NCBI GenBank assembly: GCA_013239625.1
Contig: MU056000.1
Coordinates: 496,001-560,000, forward strand
From: Lama guanicoe
Taxonomy: Eukaryota
DNA length: 64,000 nt
Direction: 5' to 3'
In this document: piece after piece, positions 35,840-47,735 of the stretch
Position numbering within the stretch: the stretch's first letter is position 1
Layout: each line of letters starts with the position of its first letter
Made by a program: the position numbers and the translations under genes
The notes under the pieces: generated by a model
Told to the model about the DNA's origin: nothing
The model's database searches: none
What the model saw: only the letters and a program-made list of their open reading frames with translations

Positions 35840-36245
35840 TTTTAAAAATTTTTCCCATCTATTAAAAAACATGTGTTTATTGTAAAAAAAATTTTTTTTA
35901 AGTTCAGAACTGAAAAAAAGCCTCTCATCCTTCTTCTAATAGAAGTAACTTCTGTTAACAATTTAATATGCGTCTTTCCAGACACACCCCATGCAAATCA
36001 GATAGAATTACTTTTGTACAGATAGGATCATAGCAAAAATATGTTCTGAAACTGGCTACGTCTCTCTCTCAACAGTAAGTCTGGGGCGGACGTTCTTCCT
36101 CCAAGTCTGCTCGGGTCCTGGCCACTTGAAGGCTGCGCGGCATCCCCCAGGCGGGAGTGGTGACTGTCCTCGTTCCCGCTGGGGGACGTGAGGCTGTTTC
36201 CAATTATTTTATCTATTTAAAAGCAGGGCTGTGATGAGGCCACAA
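35840..36245 (-). mobile_element. Old L1ME-like 3' end, antisense
   Basis: AT-rich block with GTAACTTCTGTTAACAATTT...TCTTTCCAGA...GGATCATA...GCTGTTTCCAATT...GCTGTGATGA. Confidence 0.6.
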
Positions 36246-36252
36246 CCCCCAC

Positions 36253-36333
36253 CATGTGCACACGTGCACACACTCGCACGCACACACAAATGTGCACACA
36301 TGCACACATGTACACGTATGCGCACACACACAC
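36253..36333. repeat. Imperfect (CA/TG/CG)n alternating purine-pyrimidine tract
   Basis: catgtgcacacgtgcacacactcgcacgcacacacaaatgtgcacacatgcacacatgtacacgtatgcgcacacacac. Confidence 0.85.
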
Positions 36334-38037
36334 CTGTGCTCATCCCCGAGGCGTCTGCAGGAGAGGCTCCCATGAGCGGCACACCTGCCCCAGGGACCAG
36401 CCCCGGCCTCTCTGTGTTGAGTCTTGGGCCTGACGAGGTCATCTGGGCCCCACTCAAACGTCCCCTGGGACAAGCCTGCCCACTGAGAGAAGTGGCCGCC
36501 GAGCCCAGGGCGCCTTCTTTCTCCTTCACGTCTTGTCCGGCGCCAGCCCAAGGCTCCAGGCTTTGTTACCTGTCTATCTGTAGAGCTCGCTCCACAATCA
36601 ACAAAGTGCCTGGGAGCGGGGCACTCAGCCTCACCCACCACCGGCATCCACGGTCGTCAGAGTTCAGAGCCAGGCTGAGGGCGCTGGTCTCCAAGAGGCA
36701 GGTGAGCGTGAGGCCCAGCCCGGCTCCAGCCAGGGCTCAGATCCCACGGGGCCGATGACTTCGCGACGCCAGCCGTCGGACCTCAACCTGCTGGCCAAAT
36801 TCCATGCAAGTTCATTCCGGGCAGCAGGTCCCAGTCTCCGTCAGGATGGCATGGTGACCACGATCACCCTGGCCTGGGATGGACCCAGCAGGTCTCAGGG
36901 GCAGGCCCTGGCCACACGGCCAGGTCAGGAGGCTTTGAAATGGGGAGGCTCAGGGCCCTCCGTGGGCCACGCACTGGGAACTCCTCGAGGCGGTGCTGGC
37001 AGGACCCGTTCCTGTGACCATCCAGCAGCCCACGTGGCCTGCAGGGTGTGGAGCTGGGCCGCGGCCCGCGCGGACTAGACCGGGTGTCACTTGTCTCCCT
37101 GCTGCTCGCAGGAGGGAGGGGGCGGTTCCCGCAGCCTGCTTGCCAGGACGTTTTGGCCGCGCGGGAATCAGCGCGGCCACGCCAGCCTTGTGGTCATCCC
37201 TCCCTCTTTTCTGCTTCTATTTGCAAGTTCTTCCAGGGCAGCCTTGCCCAGTGGTTCCCAGAAACTGGCCCCCAGGCAGGGGGAGCCCATAACCAAGTTG
37301 TCCTCCATCTGCTGACGACGGGAAAAGGGCCCAGAGGAAGAAGGCTCCTTGTGAAGGTCCGAGGGCATCACGGAGATGCTGTCCCTCATTCTGAGACGGT
37401 TCTACTCTCTCCAGGGCACTGAGTGGCCGCAGCGACTCTGCACCGCACATGGGGGGGCGTCCCCGGGGCAGTCCAGGGCATGGGACCCCTGGAGCCTCCA
37501 CCCACCACGGGGCGGCCCGTCCCTCCCCTTCACCACGGGCATCTGACAGCCTCAGAGGACAGAAGGCAGCACAGGGACCCACCCGACCTCGGGGCCAGGC
37601 CAGGAAAGCCCCACTTTCCCCGGGACACGCCGAGAGCTTCCCCAAAACGTTCTGGTGTCCTAAGGAGGGGATGTGGCACTTGGAGCCCCCTCCCCCGGGT
37701 CCCTGTGCCGTCAGCCCCAATGGAGAAACTAGCACAGGAGGGCGTGGCTCTGGCCACCCCTTGTGTCTCCTGAGAGAACGCATCAGCCCGCGACTGTCAG
37801 AAGCACTTCCCACACGCCTCTCCTCCCCAGAGGCTGACGTCCACTTGCAAATCGCCCGACAGCTCCCTGACCTGACTCGAGTGAGCCCAACACGTCCAGT
37901 TCCCACCAGGCAGTCACGTGGGGGTATATTCATGATGCGGCAAAAACTCATCTTCTTAGAGGAGCCTCAGGTCCCCTTGGTCCAAGGCATCCCTGAGCAT
38001 TTAAAATATTCAGTTCATGACTTTTCTATTGGCCACA

Positions 38038-38355
38038 TGATATTGACTGAATGTTCCATCCCCCCAAATTCGTACATTGAAGCCCTGCCCCACTGAGCAA
38101 TGGCGTTTAGAGGTGATTCAGGAGAGTGGAGCCTTCGTCTGGGGTCAGTGCCTGTGTAAGAGTCACCAGGGCGCCGGCTCCCTTGGCTCTGCTCTCTGCC
38201 GGGGGCGGGCCCAATGAGCAGGTGCCATCTGCACCCGGATGAGGCCTCTCCGGAACCCGCCCCAGCCGGCCTCCTGATTTCTGGCCTCCGGCCTTCAGGA
38301 CTGTGAGAAATAAATGTCCGTCGTGTATAAACTGCCCGGTCTGTGGCTGAGACAC
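38038..38355 (+). mobile_element. MaLR LTR (MLT1A-like)
   Basis: TATTGACTGAATGTT...CCCCCAAATTCGTACATTGAAGCCCT...CAGGACTGTGAGAAATAAATGT...CCCGGTCTGTGG. Confidence 0.75.
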
Positions 38356-38454
38356 ACAACCTCCAAGGGTCCGTGTCAGTTCTGCAAAGAAGTGATTCTC
38401 TGGCTTTCATCTGCAAGGCAAGTTTAGGTGACTCCCCCTGAACTCCCGGGCACT

Positions 38455-38530
38455 TTTCATTCACTCATTCATCCACACAGCAAGTAATTTCTGAGCAACT
38501 GTCCTGTGCCGGGCAGTGGCCCAAGCACTC
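38455..38530 (-). mobile_element. L2 3' tail, antisense
   Basis: TTCATTCACTCATTCATCCA...TTTCTGAGCAACTGTCCTGTGCCGGGCA. Confidence 0.55.
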
Positions 38531-41500
38531 ACATTCCCAGGCTCCACGGACCTTAGAGTGGCCAGAGGCCACAAACACACACACACAGGGGAGGACGGCC
38601 TCCCGGCGGCCACCTGAGCGAGGACGCGGGGCGGCCAGCATGTGAGCGGGATGTCCCGGGCCCCCTCGCAAGGCCAGGCTGGCTCGCCTTCCCTCTCCAG
38701 GACCTCTGTGTGGCAGCGTCCCATCTCTGGGGGAGGAAGAGGGAGCTTGAGCCCCCAGCCCACTCCCCGCCTGGGCCCAGGAAACCTCCTGCCTCCTTCG
38801 CAGGGGTCCTTTGGGGTCAGGGAGCTGGCGGGCTCAGTTCCCACCAGGAGGGCCTGGAGGCTGTGGGGAGAAGCCCTCCCTTTGCGGGCTGCTCTGAGCA
38901 GAGATCCAGCCCACACTGCCCGCTTGAGGAGACGGGAATGAACACCTGTGCGCGTCCTGATGCGTGAGGGCAGCGAACGGCAGTTTCCCGTCCGGTTCCA
39001 CGGGTTTTGGGAAAAAACCCATGTCGGCACTGACTCTGAAAGCCCTCAGACCTGCGACTGCCACTGAGGGCAGAGACCACGTGGACACTCCCTGGGGGCC
39101 CTGGGGGAGGCACAGGTTGGGGTGCTGGAAGGTGACAACTGGGGGGCCCCCAGGGCGAGGGCTGGGGTCCTCTCAGCACGTTGGCATCGAGACTTCACAG
39201 ATGTGTGGCTTGGGGCTGCTGTCCACCGCATGGCCTGCACGGGCCCTCGCAACCCGTCAGCGGGGTTCCTGGGAGCGGGTGTGACGAGGACAAGGTGCTT
39301 TCAGAGTCTGCAGGGCGCAGACTAGTGACTGAAGACGCGTCAACACAGCCCTTCTCCCTGAAAGTGCTGAGGACTGGCTTTATCAACAGCAAAGCTGTCC
39401 TGAAGGCTCCATGACCTGGAAGGGGCCCCCACAGGCCCCGCCTCCTGCTGCCTCTGCCCTCCCAGCTCCCTCGGGGCCACCTCGATGCCCGGACGTGCAG
39501 GGCGGCAGGAGCCTCCAGGCGGGGCTCAGGGCGCAGCTGCCGGGAGCCTGAGCCAGTCACAGCTTCCGGTAGGTCCCGGCTCCTCTACCTGCAGTGGACA
39601 GGGCACTGCCAGTGCTCCTGCCTGCACTGGCCCTCCCGGGGGACCAGGACACGAAGAGGGACTGAGCTCAGCAGAGGGAGAGGGGCCTCAGCAGGAAAGT
39701 AGAGTCCCGGGCAGAATACCCGCCTTGAAGGCAGGAGGCGAATGGCGTCCCACAAGGGCCGTGGCCAGGACACGCCAGCCGGTGCCAAGGGAGGGGCCAC
39801 ACAGCCTCGCAGGGTCACATCGCAGCACAGCACTGATGCAGACAGACGCCCATTGCACAAGGCTGGTGACAGGGAGAGGCTGTCCAGAGAGCGGACTGTC
39901 CGGGACTGGAGTGTCACAGAGCACCACCAGCCCATTCCCACCCACAAAATGACAAAGGGGCAAGGCCACGTTGTGTCGTGAGTGGTCACAGTGGGCTCCA
40001 GGCCCGAGTCTCTGGAGTGTGCAAGCCGGCGTCTCTGCGGGGCCTGGAGCTGGTGGTGACAGGGTCCAGAAGGCCCCCCTTGGAGGCTGGCCAGGGAGGG
40101 GAGGGTCCAGCAGGGATTGAGGTCGCTGCGTCCCTGGTCACTCTTGAGCTGGGATTGCAGGCGGGGTTGGGGAAGAGTCTGGACTCAGGTAGGGTGCCCA
40201 TCTCCCAGGCCCAGGGATCCGGCCCCTCCCCTGGCAGGAGCACCCTTGTCTCTGGGGCCTGGGGAGGAGTGGGCTGGCTCTGGGTCAGAGCCCCACCCCT
40301 CCGCCCACTCTCGGGGGTTCCTTGCTCATGGGGATGCCCTCTTCAGGGGGAGGGGCCTTTACACCTCGGCAGTGTCGGGGTGTGGCCAGTGCTCAGTCAA
40401 AGCTGTGCCCCGCAGCGCTGGTCAGACCGGGCACTGCTGCTAACGTGTGTGTTGCAGCTGAGATCACAGGTGAGCATCACCAGGGAGCAACCCAAAGACT
40501 CTGAGCTTGGAGGTTCTTCCCGAGAAGTTAAGTGACTGCTGCAAGCTGGGAGCAGAGGACTTGCCTTTCCTGCGTCCGCGCTCCCCGCTCCCCAGGCGGC
40601 CGGATGGAGACAAGGCCAGCCGACAGGTGGGTGGAACTCAGCTCGGACCGGCTCCCGACAAAGGGCCCAGGCCCAGCCGGATGGTGGATGCAGCCTTGGC
40701 CCCCAGGGCACCGCGGGCACAGTTGCTCAAGCTGGCTGGGAGGGGTGGACCCAGCCCTTTGGTCGGGACGCCGAGGAAGCTGACAAGCTGAGGACCAGGA
40801 TGGTGCAGTTGGAAGATAAAACCTTCAGTGTTTTTTATGGAGGAAAGGGCTTTGGAGGCTAAAGTGCCAGGTCTGGCTGGTGAGCCCGACCGCTGGACGG
40901 ATGCCCGCACTTCCCAAGCCGGTGCTCCAGGCCCTCCTTCCTGAGCTCAAGCAGCGAGTGCACCCGAGATCTGGCAGTCAGGGCTCCGCAGTGAAGGTCC
41001 TTCCCCGAGCTCCCGTTCCCTCCCGGCCCCTTCCGGGCTGTTGCTGAGGCCGGGGGACTCGATGGACACTCAGAACGCCCTTGATCTTGCATGGACGATG
41101 AGGGTTCAGTGGAGTGAAGGGGAGTGCACATTGTGGGGGCCGGACTCACCCGCCTGGGAGGCACCAGGGTGTGGCTTGCACCTGGGCCCCAGAGGCCTGA
41201 GCTGAGGTATGGGGACCCTGCTGCTCCTCGAGGCGCCAAGATGCCACCTTGAGCCCAGAGAGCCCAGCAGAGGGGGCTAGTGCCCTGCCCGGGGCAGGCG
41301 GACTGTGCAGGGTGCCCGGTAGGGACACCGCTGCAGGCTTGCCCAGCGGGAAGCATGGTGCCCCAGGCGGCATCTCCAAAGTCAGCACCCCAGACAAGGG
41401 ATCCTGGGGGACGGTTCAGGGTCTGAATAGGGGCACGGTCTGCTGCCTGTCCTCTCATGGCACTCACCTGTCTGTCCAGCTGATGGCAGCCCTCAGCCGA

Positions 41501-42229
41501 AGGGAGGGGGTGGCGGTGGCCATTCTCCGGAAACGTCCATCCATGCCGTTTTTTGTGCCCATGTGGGACACCTGGCGGCCCTGCTCCGTGAGGCTGGGAA
41601 GCCACGGGCCACTCTGCATCCAAACAGGACCAAGTGGAGGACTCAGGACATTACAAACAGTCAGCATGTCTGCCTGGCCTCCTTGAAGGTGATTCAGGAT
41701 TTCTGGTCCGTACTCCTGGGCACAAGACACAGGTGAGGGCACATGGTGCCTCTGTCCTGGCTGAGACCCACGCTGGGTTTGGACTCTGAGGTGGCTGCCG
41801 TCCACGTCAGCCCAGCACAACCCCCTCTGCCCCCATCCCCCCAAGCACAGGGGTGGACATAGAGCAGGCCGGCCACCACCGAAGAGCTGATCGGACTGTC
41901 CTTGCTTCTTCCCCGGTTTCTGTGTGTGGGTGGGGCTGCCAAGGCCATGTCTACACCCGGAGGAAGTCCAGAGTCTCTGGCAGAGAGAGGCCCCAGAGTT
42001 CTTGGTGGGTGAGTTCCCGGTCCTGTTGCCCCAGGCAAGTCCCACCTCTGCCCACCTGGGGCTCCGGTACACGAACCTGTGTGGGGTTTAGTGAGTCTGA
42101 GCTGTGTTTCTTGCAGTCAAGAATTCCTGGCACCAATAACCTCGAGGGAGTTCCCAGGACAACTGGCTGTGCCCTGCCTCTTGGCTGCAGCCACATGGGC
42201 CGAAAGTCAAAAATTAGGACCCAAAGAAA

Positions 42230-43225
42230 CTAGAGGTACGCCACCAAAAGCACAAACAACCAAAGATAAAACAGACACACTGGAAATATCAAAATTAAAT
42301 GGACACCATCAAAGAAGTGAAGACAAGCTGCAGTATGGAAAAAATATTTGGAAATCGTATACTCAATAAGGAACTCGTATCCACAATATGTAAAGAGCTT
42401 TAACGGCCAATAATAAAAAGGACAAAGATTTTAATAGTCAATTCTTCTGAGAAGGCGAGCAAAGGACAAGGACATGAAAAGACACTGGACATCATCACCC
42501 ATCAGGGAAACGCAAACCCAGACCACGTGAGACACCACGTCACACCCACCAGAACGACCAGAATCAAAACATTCGAGAGCAACGAGAGTCGGCGAGGGCA
42601 TGGAGCCTCCCATTTGGCTGGCGGGCTGGGACGTGGTGGGGAGATGGAGTGGCCACTGGGAAGAGCATCAGGGCCTCAGGGAGGTCGTTCCTCACATGTG
42701 AGACAGACGCCCCATGTGACCCGAACCCCCTGCAGGTGGGAACCCACGAGACTGGAAATCTGTCTACGTGGGTGTGTGCACGAAGGTTCACAGTCGCCTG
42801 AGGGTGGAAACCACCCAGATGTCCACCAGCAGATGGACAGAAAAACAAACAGGGTCCCTCCACACCACGGAACTCTATTCAGGCATGAAGACAGTGAAGC
42901 AGCGATACTGCGACCTGGTGAACCTAGGGCACCTCACACTGAGCGAAGAAGCCGGACACGAAAGGCCATGCATCACACGAGTCCCGGAAATGTCCAAACC
43001 GGGTGTCTCTCAGAGACTGACCGCAGGCTGTGGCTCCCTGGGACGGGGGTGATGGGAAGGCTAGGGGTGATGGGTTTCTTTCTGAGGCGACAAAGGTGTT
43101 CTGAAATTGCCAGTGGTGGCTGCACACATCTGTGAGAACCCTAAAAATCATGAACTGAGCAGGCCAAGTGGGTGAATGCAGGGCATGTGAACTCAATAAA
43201 GCTGTTAAAGAATAAATTTAAAACA
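42230..43225 (+). mobile_element. L1MB-like 3' fragment (ORF2 end plus 3' UTR)
   Basis: PPKAQTTKDKTDTLEISKL; CATCAGGGAAACGCAAACCCAGACCACGTGAGACACCAC; GTGGTGGCTGCACACATCTGTGA...CTCAATAAAGCTGTT. Confidence 0.85.
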
Positions 43226-44445
43226 GTCACAGGTATCAGGTCAATGTGGAACATGGGTGAGGTTTCTGCCACCCAGTGCTGTGTGACCGGGTGGACGTGA
43301 GGACAGATGCCCAGCAGCTCAGGGCAGGCCAGCCTCACTCTGCTCGCCATCCCAGGACCGTTGCTCTCCTGTCCCCCTTCTCCAGACCTCCTGACATCCA
43401 CAGAGCCTCTGCCAGAAGGAATGAGACTCAGCAGTCCGGCTAACACACCTGGACGGGCGTCCCAGCCAACAAGCCCTCTGTGGGGCATGGGGTACCCGGC
43501 TTCACAGCATCTGCACCAGTGAGCACACAGGCGTCTCGCACGGCTCTGTCCAGGAATATATCCGCACACGGGGTCGCAAGCCCATCGCTGAGTTGCTGCC
43601 TGGCGTGGATATAAACTGCATTCGGAAGGGCTGTAATCTCCCAGCTGTCACTTTCCATAACGCACAATGGCATTGTTACTATTATTGTCACAAAAACACG
43701 GATAGGACCCAGGAAACCACAAGATGACAAACCATCACATCCTAAATTGGGGGTTAAAGGCCACATGGGGGTTGGAGGCAGCGAGAGAGGGCTGGAAGGG
43801 CATGGGAGCGTGGCCGGGAGAGAGGGTCTTGGATCTCACCCTGGAGTTGGGTGCCACGGGGAAGGCGGCTGTCCCCAGGGTCAGAGACTGGGCTGGCTGC
43901 AGGTCCACCCAAGACCCCTGCCTCCCAGTGCTGGGAGGTCTGCTTGCCCAGAGTGCCCACAGTGTGGCTGGGTCCTTCAGAAGGGATGGTGGGAAGGGCT
44001 GGCAGGCTGGGCTGCCCATAGCACTGTTCCCACGCCCTGAGTTCACGCCTCTGTGTGCGGCTTGGTTCCAGGGTGGGGGTCAGCACAGGACTCCAGCTCA
44101 GTCTCCAGTCTGTCACTGCCAGCGGTGCACCTGGGAGAATCACATGGCACTTTGGACAGCAGTAAAATTGACAGCAACACCTGCAACTTGATGGCCTGAA
44201 AGCTGGACAGATGGTGTGTGTGAATCGCCTGGGTCCCAGACTTGGCTAGATGTGAGCTGCGGGGCTGCAGCGGTGAGCAGGGGAAGCCCAGCTCCACGGA
44301 GGGGGCGGGCCACGCCTGGGTGGGGTGTGCCCTTGGCCCAGGCAGCCCACCTCCAGGGCTGCGAGCCATCCAAAAAGCTGGAGATGTGGGAGTGACCACG
44401 GGGTCACCGGCATCTGCGGAGTCGAAGCTGCTGCAGGAGATTCAG

Positions 44446-44473
44446 GTGCGTGTGTGTGTGTGTGTGTGTGTGT
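44446..44473. repeat. (TG)n microsatellite about 1 kb upstream of NKD2
   Basis: gtgcgtgtgtgtgtgtgtgtgtgtgtgt. Confidence 0.95.
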
Positions 44474-45426
44474 TGTGGGGGGTGTTCAGGTGAAGTGAGG
44501 GGCGTAGCAAGCTGGGGTTCAAGGAGGAGGTGAGAAGGGGTGGTTTCTCCCAAGGCGATCGGAGAAGGTAGGGGCCATCGCAGGGGAAGGAGCTGAGAGG
44601 GAGCTGCGGGAGGGGTCGGAGCAGCTGGACTCCCGGAGGGAGGCAGACTCAGGAAATGTGCACCCGTCCCTCATGTGGAGGAGGCCGAGGGCAGGTGACC
44701 AGGCCTGGGGCTCCCAGCTTGGCTGACACCCTCCCCCCACTGCCCAGGAGTTCAGCCAAGGCCAAGAAGAGGGGGTGCAGGGGGAAACCCACCCTGGGGT
44801 CCCACCCCAGTCCCTTCCTGTCCTTGATTGACGTGAGGTAGAGAGGCTGGAGCTGGACCTTCCGGGAAGGAGCCAGCGGTTCGACGTTAGCCGGACCAGG
44901 GGTAGCAGTTGGTTTTTCCCACAGACCCCCTCTTCCGTCCTCTGTCCCTCCAGCCGACTCTCCCCCACGGGCCTCCCGTGGGCTCCCATCCCCCACCCCC
45001 CAGGAGACCCACTACCATCACCGCCAGACAGGGATGCGGTGCCCCAGGGTTCTCTCCTGCAGAGGGCCCTTGGGCTCCTGTAGGATGCGGGTGCCTGACC
45101 TGGGGTGAGAGGGGGAGGGGGTGGGGAGCTGCCCCTGAAAGCATCCGCGCAGGACCGCGGAGTCCACTGCAGCCCCCAACATCCTTATAGGCGGCTTTTC
45201 CCGGGTCCTTGTCGTTGGCGGGCGCCGTCCCCTCTAGGTCCCCGGCTTGGCATGCGCCCCAGCGGGGGCCCGGACTGGGCAGGGCTCCCCTGCGGAGGTG
45301 GGCGGGCCGGGCTGGAGGCGGGCGCGAGTCCAGGGGGCCGGTGCGCTGCGGGCGGCGGCCGCGGGGGGCGCTGCGGGGGCCGCGGTTAAAGCCCAGGCAC
45401 GGGCGCGCGCGCACAGAGGGAGCAGG

Positions 45427-45457
<31 letters not shown>
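45427..45457 (+). repeat. (GCC)n trinucleotide repeat, at least 10 units, in the putative NKD2 5' UTR
   Basis: Pure GCC run cut off by the N gap. Confidence 0.95.
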
Positions 45458-45560
45458 NNNNNNNNNNNNNNNNNNNNNNNNNNNNNNNNNNNNNNNNNNN
45501 NNNNNNNNNNNNNNNNNNNNNNNNNNNNNNNNNNNNNNNNNNNNNNNNNNNNNNNNNNNN
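45458..45560. other. Assembly gap (103 N)
   Basis: Run of N. Confidence 1.
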
Positions 45561-45627
45561 GCTGGACCCCAGACCCGCACCTGAGCGCGGCGCCGGGAGC
45601 GCGGGCGGGCCGGGGCCCGGCGGAGAC

Positions 45628-45652
45628 ATGGGGCAATTCCAGTCCAAGCACG
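45628..45652 (+). CDS. NKD2: NKD2 (naked cuticle homolog 2) coding exon 1
   Basis: gacATGG Kozak context; MGQFQSKH(A), an N-myristoylation motif; G|gtgaga donor; synteny with TRIP13. Confidence 0.95.
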
Positions 45653-45750
45653 GTGAGATGCGGGCCGGCGGGCGGGAGGGCGGGCGGGCGGCGGGCGCCG
45701 GCCACTCACTGTCCCTTCCCCTCTCCCCCTGCCCTCCGCCCGCGCCGCAG

Positions 45751-45786
45751 CCGCCGCAGCCTTCAAGCGGAGAGAGAGCCCCGAAG
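45751..45786 (+). CDS. NKD2: NKD2 coding exon 2
   Basis: Pyrimidine tract and ccgcag| acceptor; 36 nt AAAAFKRRESPE(G); |gtgagc donor. Confidence 0.95.
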
Positions 45787-46086
45787 GTGAGCGCGCCGGG
45801 CGGCCCGGGCGGGACCCGGGGCCAGAGCACGACGCGGGCCCTGCCCTCGAGCCCTCGGGTTGGGGGACGGTGCCGCGGGGCCTCTGGGAGCGCGCAGCCT
45901 GCGCCGCTCCGGTCCCAGACCCCGACCCCGGCGCACGCCTGAGCCCTGCGTCCCAGGCCCCCGCGGAGACGGGTGGGCGCGCTGGGCGGTGGGGCATCGC
46001 CAAGTCGCAGCGCCCCCGGGCCTCACTGCGCGTCTCCTTCCCTTCTCGGTGCCCTGTTTCCCGCGCGTCCGCCCACGGGGCCGCAG

Positions 46087-46187
46087 GAGACAGCTTTGTG
46101 GTGTCTGCGTACAGGAGTGGCCGCAGAGGCATGGAGGAGGTGGAGCAGCGCGGCGGCTGCGCAGAGCACAGTGCGAGGGACAAGCAG
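46087..46187 (+). CDS. NKD2: NKD2 coding exon 3
   Basis: ccgcag| acceptor; 101 nt GDSFVVSAYRSGRRGMEEVEQRGGCAEHSARDKQ; |gtaggc donor; exons 1-3 total 162 nt, in frame. Confidence 0.95.
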
Positions 46188-47496
46188 GTAGGCGTGGTGG
46201 GCCTGGCCCCACTGAGGCCAGTGGATGTGAGTACCACAGTTGCCCCCCTGGCTGGGACCCTGGGTTGAGAAGGCAAAGGCCCAGATGGCCGAGAGGGAGT
46301 GACTCCTGCTGGGCCAAGAGAGCCGGTCCCTTCCCACCTTCAGGTCCCGGGCGGGGGTCCAGTGGCACAGGCCTCAGTATCCCCCTCTGGCACAATGGAC
46401 AGCAGGGCTGAGTCCTGCTTTCCTTTAGGATGGATGTCCTGCACAGCAACGTCAGGCAGAGTTAAAGGCCACCCTGCTGCTCATGTGCCGTGTGGGTGAC
46501 CGCTGGCCTGCAGGGAGGCTCCTGGGAAAGCCAGGCTCCAAACGAACAGCCGAGGCCACCCAAACAGCAGGGCCGGCAGGGGCCACAGGGGTCCCATTCA
46601 AGTGGTCTGTCCAGAAGCAGAGAATGCCCCGGCCTGGGGTGCCAGAGGGGCCCTGGGGAAACTAGACTGCACACACTGGCCACGAGGAGAAAAGGGGACG
46701 TCAGATGGGGCTCAAGTAGGTGGCCACACAGACGGCTGAGACCCTCCTCGCCCACTGCTTGCTCCCCACCCACCCCTGGAGTCCACAAAGCACCAGCTCA
46801 CAGGCGTGTCCACTCCCTTTACAGAAGGACACTCTACTGGCCAGCTGATAAATGATAAGTTTTGAGTGTATCTGTAAACACTGGTGTGGCATTCTGAGAA
46901 GGGGCCCAGATATGCCCTGAAACCACATACTAGAGTTGATTCTTGCTTTCTGGGAGTGGAGTTTTAATCCCACATGTGTGAAGGTAGGAACTACGTTTTA
47001 AAGTACTTGCTGGGTCCATCTAGTGAGGTTGGACAGACTTGCGCTCCTCATCCCCTGGGATCGGGCGGGACCTCTGGCTGATGCAGTTTGCCTGGGAGGT
47101 GGGTGTTGGTAACAGCGCGTGTCTCCTACAGCTCGGTCCTCCTGCTACGAGGAATTCAGTGGTCAGCGGCGTAGGCTGGCCCTGTTCTGCCAGCCGTGGG
47201 CCTGCGGCCTTCTTGGGAGGCGTGAGCACCATGGCCTGCACTGTCCATTCAGGCCCTGGAATCGCGGGCAGCCTGCTTGTGAACGGGAGTCTGGCCGCGG
47301 TGCAGTGGGGCGGCCCCCACACCAAGGCAGGGCTTCCCTAGGGCGGCGGGCTCACGGAGAGCACGCCCTTGGAAACTGCGAGGTGGCAGGGACGGGGCTG
47401 TGCTGTTCTTCTAGGCCCACGGGGACCGCCCGCTTGGGGCTTTTTCGGGAGTGGTGAGGCGTGTGGCTTGGGTTTTTCCCTTATTATTCTGTTCTC

Positions 47497-47735
47497 TGCT
47501 GTGGTCTGAATGTGTGTTTTCCCCCAAAATTCATGTTGGAAACCCCCAGTGTCATGGTGTCGGGGGGTCCTTCCAGGAGGTGTTGGGACCTGAGGGAAGA
47601 GCCCTCATGTTGGGCTGCGTGCCCAATGAAGACCCCAAAGGGCTCCCTTGTCCTGTCGCCACGAGAGGTCATAGCCAGAAGGCAGCCTCTGGGTCAGAAA
47701 GGGGCTTACCAGGCGTGAGTCAGTCTGGGTTGTTT
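47497..47735 (+). mobile_element. MaLR LTR (MLT1A-like) 5' part in NKD2 intron 3
   Basis: TGCTGTGGTCTGAATGTGTGTTTTCCCCCAAAATTCATGTTGGAAACC...GAGCCCTCATG. Confidence 0.75.

Larger units (their letters stand above)
45150..46190 (+). promoter_or_regulatory. NKD2: NKD2 CpG-island promoter and 5' end
   Basis: Very dense CpG and GC boxes (GGGCGG) around exons 1-3; TATA-like TTAAA at 45386-45390 suggests a start near 45415 (inferred). Confidence 0.85.

Noticed and set aside
44887-46449. Several 190-296 aa ORFs on both strands around the NKD2 promoter
   Set aside because: CpG-island composition lacks stops and some ORFs cross the N gap; only the three short NKD2 exons have splice and homology support.
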